Source of the DNA: Bigelowiella natans CCMP2755
Taxonomy: Eukaryota; Protista; Cercozoa
Assembly (NCBI GenBank): GCA_000320545.1
Contig: ADNK01000007.1
Coordinates: 62,001 to 126,000, forward strand
Reading direction: 5' to 3'
Length of the DNA: 64,000 nt
The translations under genes were made by a program, and so were the position numbers. The notes under the pieces were generated by a model. That model made no database searches and was not told the DNA's origin. It was given only the letters and a program-made list of their open reading frames with translations. Shown piece after piece: positions 55,394 through 64,000 of this stretch. Every line of letters begins with the position of its first letter. Positions within the stretch are counted from its first letter, which is position 1.

Positions 55394-55625
55394 GTCTCTT
55401 TTTCTCTCCGTGCTTGAGAATGTGCATGTGTGTTTCAAAAATAGGAACAAGCATAGTCGTAACCATTACCATCGACGAAAAAGAGTAAGTAATGAGAACT
55501 TCTCCCTCACTTTTACGATGCCTCTGAGCTATCATACTCCGGCCTCAGAAGGACTGATGTGTTGTCCGTTTGCTGTGAGATGTGAGTCTCATCTTGCAGC
55601 GGACGAGTACAACATTCATGCATGA
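49554..55625 (+). CDS. Unknown protein with a bipartite leader; many small exons
   Basis: MVDCPSSTTSRGFGAKALLMLPVL|SSFLLFYTVLS (signal core across the intron after 49626), then RHFFSRFGNLHRGSRK...IHKRA. Mostly phase-consistent exons follow: GTVPIRGVIGCGG, AWAYVHRVWENANDEFPAY, VLWRRAFYPMLRSFG, SFIGKNAP, LPYYYPQAPVMSN|MYWVPLPR. The last exon is uncertain. Confidence 0.62.
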
Positions 55626-56739
55626 TTATAGGGTACATATTTGCTGCCTCAAAATTAACTTGTGATTTTTCTTCATGCATGCATCATCCTGTGAATTCTT
55701 TTTGTTCGATCCCGCCTCGCAATTTTGTCCTCACCAGTGATAAAAATTTGCATGTTGTGCATCAGATCCGGCAGCTTCATCAGTAGTGGACTTCTATTGA
55801 ATGGACGCGTGTGTTCATCGTCTTAGTCTAGTAATGTGTTATCTCGAGACGACCCGCTGCACGATGACAAAATGGTGGCTGCTTACCAGGCTAGCAGGGG
55901 TGTGCCCAACCAGTGCAAGATGATTTCCGTCTTGTCTGAGTGCGATGTCCAAATTGTGTACATGCACATGTACATTTATTTACAAAAACATGATGAAAGA
56001 AGGCTGGTCGCTGCCGCTTCATCTTGTGTGATTACATGCAGAAGAAGCCGAGCATGTGAGCCATGCTTGTAAGCATGCTTGCATGCCTTCGTTGGAATTC
56101 TTTCATGGCAAGCTAGAAAGCTGACATGCATGCGCATGCTAGTAGTGACAATCGCTACAGTTCGCAAATCGGATGCTAACAGATGCCACGCCTCGACAGC
56201 GAGGCAATGCGCGCACCTTCACATCCGCAAACGGGCAATGTGTAAATCCACAATATTAGACCGAAGCACAGCGTGCGTGCAAGACGATTATGAACACGCC
56301 TGCAAAATTAGCTTTACATAAAGATGGATAGATAATGGACACGCCATTTATCTATTTGCGTGCCTATTATCATTGTGCAGATCTTCCATGATTGTAGATC
56401 GGATAATTTACACGTATTGAACTCTTCCCTTTACATTTGCCACTCTATCTCCAAGCATAAAATACGAAGAAGAGATTTGCAATTACGTAGCTGAAAGAAG
56501 AGATTTCAGTGGCTATATTGGTGCTAGCCGTTACATTATCTTCTAACGATCTTCGGTTTTGATAAAGATGAAACCTGGAAAAAAATAAATCCTTAACCGG
56601 TTGCGAGAAAAAGGCTTGTCTCTGATGAAGATCAGAGCAGAAAAGAATTTGGGCGCGGAGAGTACCAGCTCATATACCCCAGAGCAACAACGCCAAATGA
56701 GTGTGCACAATGTCCAGTCAGCAGGCGTCGTTCGATCGC

Positions 56740-58592
56740 TTATAGAGGGGCGGGAAGTAATAGAATATTTACTACAATGCACATTCTGCAGAAGAAGTAG
56801 CCAGTGATGAACGTACTACTAGAAAAAACGATCGTAACGAGAGCGGGAACGGAGTATTTGATGTGAAGGTGAGGAGACTCCTCGCATGTTGTACTACCTG
56901 CCACGGCATCATCGAGCTTTTCTTCCAATACCTGACCTTCGCTCTCTTCTTGTGGAGAGGTATTGCTTGATTTGCGGAGTTGTTGGCTGGAAAGTCCAAG
57001 GTCGTCTGGCCCCGATAATTGCATCTGCCAAATAGATTATACTCAAAGCAGTCACACAGCCTCCTCCAAGGAGGATTTCTGCATAAAGCAGCTATAAAAT
57101 ATACACCCAACGGATTGGGTGTCCTACCTTGACACCGTAGCAGCACAACCAAAAAAATAGTATTTACTAGAAGAAATCTATTCCAAATGATGCCCCAAAA
57201 GCAGTGTTTTTGTAACAATTCAGTCTTCAGACCTCCCCCTTCTTCTTCTTCTCCCTGGGACCGAATAAATTCATCACACCAAGGGTTGTCAAACTGGAGC
57301 GGCGTACTTGATAGTTGGGCAATATCTACACACGATTCGTTATTGTCATCCCAAACGAAACACAAGAAGCATAGATGCAGTACATTTGTCGGTCCTCAGT
57401 TCCCCTACCAACACCATTGTGACACGTCTCCTCCATCATCACCATCACCATCATCATCATCATCATCATCATCAATGGTATTGTTGAGTGCACTAGAAAC
57501 AACATGGGAGTAAGCAACAATATACTGCAAAGGATAAGCACAACTATCTATCTATCTATGAGGCTGCGCACGTTAATCATCCTGCCGCGTATTATCCATC
57601 CAGCACGAAGGGCCAGAACACCACTGAAGAGGACGGAGGCCCTATATTATCATGAATCATGTCGGCAATTGCTTTATGGTTAATGATTCCAAAGACGAGA
57701 AGTATCACCATTCCGCAGCGTAGAACATATAGATCATGTAGAGCTGTTAATAATACAGTTGAGTTAGAGCCGCCATCATCTTAATAACTCAACTCTTACA
57801 TTGTTAGAAGTAAACTTACATCGCTTACCTTTCCGAGCACTATTAATGGGATAGCGAACGCAATCATTAGTACCATACTAGTGATCATTGATAACCTTAA
57901 CATCTAAGAAGAGGAAGTGTGATTGTCCGTGTGATCTACTGCGCACATGCGAACATTCTGCATTTCTAATATACCTTCTCTCCATATCTCCTTTTCTTCA
58001 GAGCTGCTCCGGCACCCTGTAGGACTAGTGCTAGGAGATAATGTAAAGCTACCACCAATAGAATCTGAGTGAAAACGAACACGCATATGTAATATCCACT
58101 CAGCGTATTTTGCTTACTTATGCCTGCAAGCGGTACTACGCACCTGTGTTAGCACAGTGGTGGAATACAGAACTCTCCAATGGATTTTATTGTAGATCAC
58201 AATAGTGATATTCCTGACTAACCCTATCAGTAAGCAGAGAGAACTGGATCTAGTATAGTAGCAAAAAATTTGGTTCAAAAACTTACCAACATAGTTGATC
58301 TAGCGAAAACAGGAGAGCGGAGGAGGCTAATGAATCGTCATGTGACTGCACTACGACGAGCATACTTATGGTTGTTAAAGCCATCATGAAAGATTAGTGG
58401 TACATTGCTATGGCTCGCGGCTTATAGTCTTCTTCATTTCTCCTCAGGTGCCGCCAAACCTAAAGGATCCACCATTATCGACGATTCGACCGACGACTGT
58501 GGCACTTCCAATCCGACCTGATACACTGATACTAGCATCGCCATTCCTGAAAAGCTGGCGGCGAAATAGGAGACTATTCTTTCTGTTTGCAT
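56740..58592 (-). CDS. Divergent multi-pass membrane protein resembling TMEM184/OST-alpha; possibly decaying
   Basis: AMLVSVYQ|VWRHLRRN...RAIAI|LLRSPVFA and RFLLVNTIFLVVLLRCQ|DAIIG resemble TMEM184 TM1/TM2 and TM6; several hydrophobic exons, but I could not join the middle without stops. Confidence 0.4.
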
Positions 58593-58956
58593 GCTGGGGT
58601 TATATTCGGGGGGGGCGCATGCACCCCCAAAACCCAAAACGGATCAGCTTCCTATGAATGCTGGTAATAACACCTAAAAAAAGGCAAAAAAAAAAGAGAA
58701 TATGTGAAAACACGTTGATTTTTTGCCATGCGACATGGATGTTGACCGGGACGTAGACAGAAAATCGTCGTAGGCTCCTGCCGGTGTTGCTATTTCGCAC
58801 ATTTCGGAAATGCAACTTCGTTGATCATACCGGCTCCCCGCCCCCTCTCTGTGCTTTCCCCGAGCGCGTGGGCAACTCTGCACATGTTTGCCCTCTCCTA
58901 CCTTCTTTATATCGCTCCTTTTCGTTGATGGGTGAAGGGTTGACCCCCCCGGAACA

Positions 58957-60144
58957 ATGGTGAAAGTCTCAGTTGCGCCATTATTTCACACGTCGTCGTT
59001 CTCATCTCTCCCGCTGCGGCAGTGGCTGTTGTGGTCGTGCGTGCTCGTCCTCATTGGGGCTGGGCGCGCAGTCGGAGCGAGTCCAGCTAGAACTAGAAGA
59101 AATTCAAATGCCATAAAGGGAGCCGCTAAGCTGCCTACACCCCGCCTCCCCCCTTCGCCGTTTGCAGTACCTCCGAAAAAGGTATGTATCTTGAATGATA
59201 TCTCGAGTACTAAAATTGGCGGCAAAGGTTGACGGCAAATAGAACTTACATGGAGAGTGTATTATCTGAAAGGTAAGATCTCATACCTATGAAGGTCGCA
59301 GGTTCCAGTGCAAAAGAAACATCCGTAAGACATCGTAAAATGTTAACGATGCAAGCAAACCACACACATGCACAACCAGCGGTACCTGTGACGAGCGTAC
59401 AAACGAGTGTATGCCGTGCGCCCGCGTATACCTCCATTACCATATACATGTTGCTCACCATGATGCACCTCTGTCTGATCATCAATTGCCCCTGTATTGG
59501 CAGATGAGAATATTGAGAAAAGTCGGGAGATTTTGGACGTGGAACTATTACGACGGGCTCTTAAATCGCTCTGCCATCGCATGGCATCGAGAAGGTTAAT
59601 CACTTTCTCCTATTTTGTGTGTTGCTATCTGTAATGATGATGATGGTGGCGCAAAGACTAACATGAAACACACACGAATGAGCTCTTGAACACAAGATAT
59701 GCTTGATTACCTTCAGAATAACAAGGGCAAAGCATTACCGCTCCTCCATTGCATCTTCAGAGATTGTGTACACATAAAAGTTTCAAAATTTTAAGTGAGA
59801 TACACAGAGAGAGAAAGAGGGGGAGTAAGAAGGGAAGGGTGATAGGAGAAGAAGTGAACCCATAGACGAGCAGCATTCCTCTTATCATGTATTCACCTCC
59901 ATTTCTCTTAATTCTTCGCGGCAGATACCTCTTGCTAGTCATCAAGAAACTACGTGCTTTTAAAACGTATGATGATGATAAAATGCGACCATAACAAACG
60001 CGTCACCCAGATGTTATGCAATGTATAGTAGGATGAAGAGATAATACATTACAGGAAAAAGTCCTCAGTATCAAAACTCGAATCCGAGCACAAATGAGTG
60101 CGTACGTGTATTTATGCACGCACACAGGCACACACGCACACATA

Positions 60145-60196
<52 letters not shown>

Positions 60197-60656
60197 TTTT
60201 TTGGTACTTATCTGTATGTATGTTTGGTGCAAAATTTGTGCTGTTTACTGTTGTATCGTGAAGGTTGCAGAGGCCATTCATGATCCCCGTTCCTTTCTCG
60301 ATCCAGCCTTTTGACCTGGTTGTTGCTCATTGTAGAGTTCGTATCAGTATCATTACTTGTGATCTGGGAAGAAGATGAAGGATGAAGAAGATGATAATGA
60401 TTTCCAATAAAAAATATTATGCCAACACCAGTTATGAGGGTGGCATCGGCTACATACAGAGCTTTGCTATAATCCATATGTTTTCTTTCTTAATCACACG
60501 GCTATCTACAGCTTATCCTCTCTAAACCACACAGATGCACAAACACACCACAAACACACAACACTCACATCAGAGTGCCTGCCTGATTGTGAGGGAGCCG
60601 CGCGGATCTGGAAACGAAAAAGTGATATATTGCCGTCGTGTAGTGTGATATCTGTG

Positions 60657-60689
<33 letters not shown>

Positions 60690-61573
60690 TTGTCTTTCTC
60701 ACTCATTATCTCTCCTGCCCTCCCCCCTCCCTCTCTTCGAAAGGGATTTCGGTTCCGCAAAAAAGTCGCAGAGTCGAAGAACATCACTGTTATCACTTTG
60801 AAGTAGTAAATAGTCATAGCTGATTGTAGTAGTAGTGGTAGTAGTGGTAGTAAGTAGTAGTAGTGGAAGTTGCAGTAGTAGTAGTGCTCCAGCGTCTCCA
60901 TTTTATAATGTTTGCTCCTCCTCCTCCTCTTTCCTTCCCAATTGACTATGTGTATCATATTGGGCATGATGATTATTCTATTCTGGAAAGATCGCTTCGC
61001 AAGACGCACTCAGCCGAGCGCTTCGACTCCATTCTCAAGAGGTAAACACGCCCTAAATAGTTGTGCTCACCTTACCATGCTGAAAACGGCGATGATCATT
61101 CCCTTCATGGTATTGGACGGGTATGAGGAGACAAATGCATCCATGATTTATTCAATGCTCGCGCGCCGCTCGATTGTTGCATGACGAGGTAGCGATAGGC
61201 TAGCTTTCCGAGAGTGGGAAACAGCCTTGTAGGATGCAATAGAAGTGTTCTCACAACATCACATTATAACAAGAAAATAATCGAAGTCATCCATCATTTA
61301 AAGGCACAAAGTGATCTTTGCGGACAAAAGGGTTTACCGACGGCTACCGAAGCTTTTTGGCGATAAGTACTACAGACGGTAGGTGAATATGGTGATTGAT
61401 GACGATGTGACGTTGATGAATGATAATCATAATGATAACGATGAATGACCATGATGTTGCCGATGATGCTGGTGACTGATGTGAAGAAAAGTGTTGCATC
61501 AACACAATTTTGCCAACGAGGAAATACAGACTCCGAATTGTGACTCTGGATTTGCAATATATTACATAATATC

Positions 61574-61615
<42 letters not shown>

Positions 61616-62576
61616 ATTCTACATTAGTGTATTTATAGATATAATACCTACACTGAAAGAAACACTGATGGTCTTGTTCTATGACGCTACATGCCCATGG
61701 CCATGTCGCAGAGCAAGGATGCTTGAAGAATACTGTGAAAAAAATGATTATGGATATAGAAAGCTGACAGCAGACTTTGTGTGCTCTTCCAAAGGTTTTC
61801 TCCCATCCCCGTAGAGCTGCGGGGCCTCGACTGGCATACAGAGGTAATGATGTAAGCAAGATGGCGATGGGGGATAAAAAGGGGATGCTGGCTTATGTAA
61901 TCATGTCCGAGCAGATATACACAAAAATATATATATATATATATACGCTTTTGTGAGAACAATAATTACCGTGATTTCATATGGACATCATCTTCACTTC
62001 AGCGGTCGATGGGGCTATCATTGTGTTTGTAATTAGTGCCAAATCGCGAGTCAATTCACAACTCTGTCCCTGTCGCGAGCAACTACCTTTCCGATTCGAA
62101 TAGGGAGGAGAGGCATGCCAGGTAGCTCACTGGTCCGTGCTCCTCCCTTCCTCCCTCCCTCCCTCTCTTTCCTCTCAATTTGTCAATGAATGATGATGTA
62201 ATTTAGTGGAAGCACTGCTCCAGAATGCGCTAAGTGCTGCTGGAGGAGCCGTGCGCCATCTATTCCCTTCACGCCTCTGGAGTACGATGTTTTTCCAGTC
62301 TAACCCCTATATAAAACACAAATATTGGATCGTCCTGAAGTATTCATTTCAATCGTCTAGTTTGTTGCCCCCCCCTCTCATCGATAATGCTTTCAATATT
62401 CACGTTACCACTCGTGGTCGTGATCTCTGCGATATTTCGTGATGGTACTTACTCACCCCTTCTTGCGCCAAATATTAGGGTCGGTACAGGCGATCTATGT
62501 CCGAACGGAGGACTCTATTGGACTGCCCATATTAAATAAAAAGGAGCATGGTCACATTGTTTTTCGTCAAGAATGA
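58957..62576 (+). CDS. Ribosomal-L1-domain protein (RSL1D1/Utp30/Cic1-like) with a signal peptide + basic leader
   Basis: Phase-consistent exons give ILDVELLRRALKSL, VYLLLVIKKL, RPFMIPVPFSI, ACLIVREP, ITVITLKSLRK, HKVIFADKRVYRRLPKLFGDKYYRR, FPIRIGRRGMPVEALLQN, WRSVQAIYVRTEDSIGLPI. N-terminus: LRQWLLWSCVLVLIGAGRAVGA then SPARTRRNS. Confidence 0.85.
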
Positions 62577-63604
62577 ATGATGACATAGGGGAATGGATTG
62601 AGGAGTAGAGAAGGGGATGGGCATTGCCATATGAGATGAAACACACAAATTGAGGAACACATAGCGTGTCGTGTCTTCGCATGAATTTGTCGTTTCCAGT
62701 GTTTACTTTCTCCTCCTCTCTGTATCTTGTGACACCACAGAGGACATGACCATCCTGTCAGAGAAATACGGATCACATGCAGTAGTAGGAAAAGCAGAAT
62801 CAAGTAGTGATGTGCAGCAGGATCAAGCCCAAAGCCTGTCAGGCTAGCTAGCTAGCAGGCTAGCAGGGAGCACGATGTCGATGATTGTGACGACTGTTTG
62901 TAGCACATGCATGTGACAAAGCCAATCTTCTAGCTAGCTCTCGTCTGTTATTAGTGAACAGTCGATATCACTCGAGTTGCAGTGCTAGAGTGTGCATGAA
63001 GTGTGGCTGCCCTGCACCTGTCTTGCTGCTGTGTATACGTCTAGCTGCATGTGCTGTCGCACTAGCACCTAGACCTGCTCGCCTGCAGCTAGCTGCCTAG
63101 CTGCGTGCGCACATTGTGGGGGCATGCTAGCATGCACATGTGCATGTGTCACTGCACAAATCTAGACATTGCATGTACATCGTAGCTGCTCCGATATTCA
63201 TCGATGCCGGCTCATCTAGCGTGGCTAGCTAGCTAGGTCTAGAAGTGGTTGCGATGCGTTGCATAGCACATCCGACATGCTAGCGCATGCTAGCATGGCG
63301 TGGGTCGCTAGGTCGTGCAGTCGTGCAGCGCATGCATGCATGTCGACCTGGATGTCTAGATGTGTGGTAATTGCCAGCTTGTTGCGAATGCTTCTAGATA
63401 TGTTGCACATGCTTCCCACCATTGTGGCACTTTAACCTTTCTATCAGCTTGATGAATGTTTCAACGCAAACAGCAAGCCATTGCTACTGCAAGCGGTTGA
63501 CTGCATCTCGCAATAACTTTTTCCTTATCTACTGATGCCATGCTACCGCTCCAGGTGCTAACTTTTCGGGTTGCGGATGTAGGCACATCGTAATTTTTAG
63601 CTTT

Positions 63605-64000
63605 TCATGCGGGTGCTTTTTCAGCAGATTTCGTCGTCTTTACAACTATGACTGGGCACTTTAGGTTGTGTACCAGGTAGTCGGAGACCGACCCCAGGAA
63701 CGCACGTCCGAATGCACCCGTGCCTAATAAATATACACAAGGTTGAGTGGATATATATGCACAAACATATAAATGTATATACACATATATCATGTATGCA
63801 CATATACATGTATATAATATTTGTGTATGTGTGATGTGTTTGTGTGTGTATCCCATACATACTTTTCGAATATACTGTTTCTATAGTTTAGGTAACATTA
63901 CCTCGGCTGGCTACTATGCACATAGCAGGATTGACTTTGTTGCAATGCTCCTGGATGGTACCCTTGGCCCCCCCATCGTGTAAATCCAAAATTTCGACGG
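63605..64000 (-). CDS. Universal stress protein (USP domain), 3' part only
   Basis: Exons 64000-63902 and 63723-63605 read GGAKGTIQEHCNKVNPAMCIVASR|GTGAFGRAFLGSVSDYLVHNLKCPVIVVK, the USP signature. Confidence 0.92.

Noticed and set aside
60574-60621. Apparent frameshift in the RSL1D1-like gene
   Set aside because: An acceptor after the pyrimidine tract at ~60743 (GFRFRKKVAESK) restores the frame without any indel.
2356-63983. Numerous ORF-track entries with poly-CV, HT, M, D, S, ER or YI runs
   Set aside because: They are translations of intronic microsatellites or antisense shadows of real exons.
1-64000. CRISPR arrays, rRNA/tRNA genes, transposases or reverse transcriptases
   Set aside because: No spaced direct repeats, structured-RNA signatures or TE catalytic motifs were recognised; small RNAs within introns cannot be excluded without a covariance-model search.

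Overview
Eukaryotic nuclear DNA, very intron-dense (short GT-AG introns full of microsatellites, many 30-70 nt exons), so most ORFs in the supplied track are artefacts. Splicing by eye gives about 15 protein-coding genes: a 5'-partial unknown protein, a small TM protein, Rae1/Gle2, a YqeH/NOA1-type circularly permuted GTPase, a low-complexity nuclear protein, a GLUT-type sugar porter, a GT31 C1GalT1-like glycosyltransferase, an ankyrin protein, a PlsC-type acyltransferase, a WD40 + coiled-coil + fimbrin-like (4 CH) protein, two unknown proteins with leaders, a divergent TMEM184-like gene, an RSL1D1/Utp30-like ribosomal-L1-domain protein and a 3'-partial USP. Six genes start with signal peptide + basic transit-like (bipartite) leaders. 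Two of these are normally nuclear proteins (Rae1, RSL1D1), which points to a nucleomorph-bearing alga, most likely a chlorarachniophyte such as Bigelowiella (inference). Main highlights: (1) the Rae1 leader ends exactly in the ubiquitin C-terminal motif LRLRGG, suggesting a deubiquitinase-cleaved presequence; (2) all 15 genes alternate strand perfectly, forming head-to-head pairs separated by convergent spacers rich in CTAG/TGCA/CATG palindromes; (3) a propeller-coiled-coil-fimbrin fusion. No rRNA, tRNA, CRISPR array or transposase was recognised. All gene models and family calls are manual and were not checked against databases.
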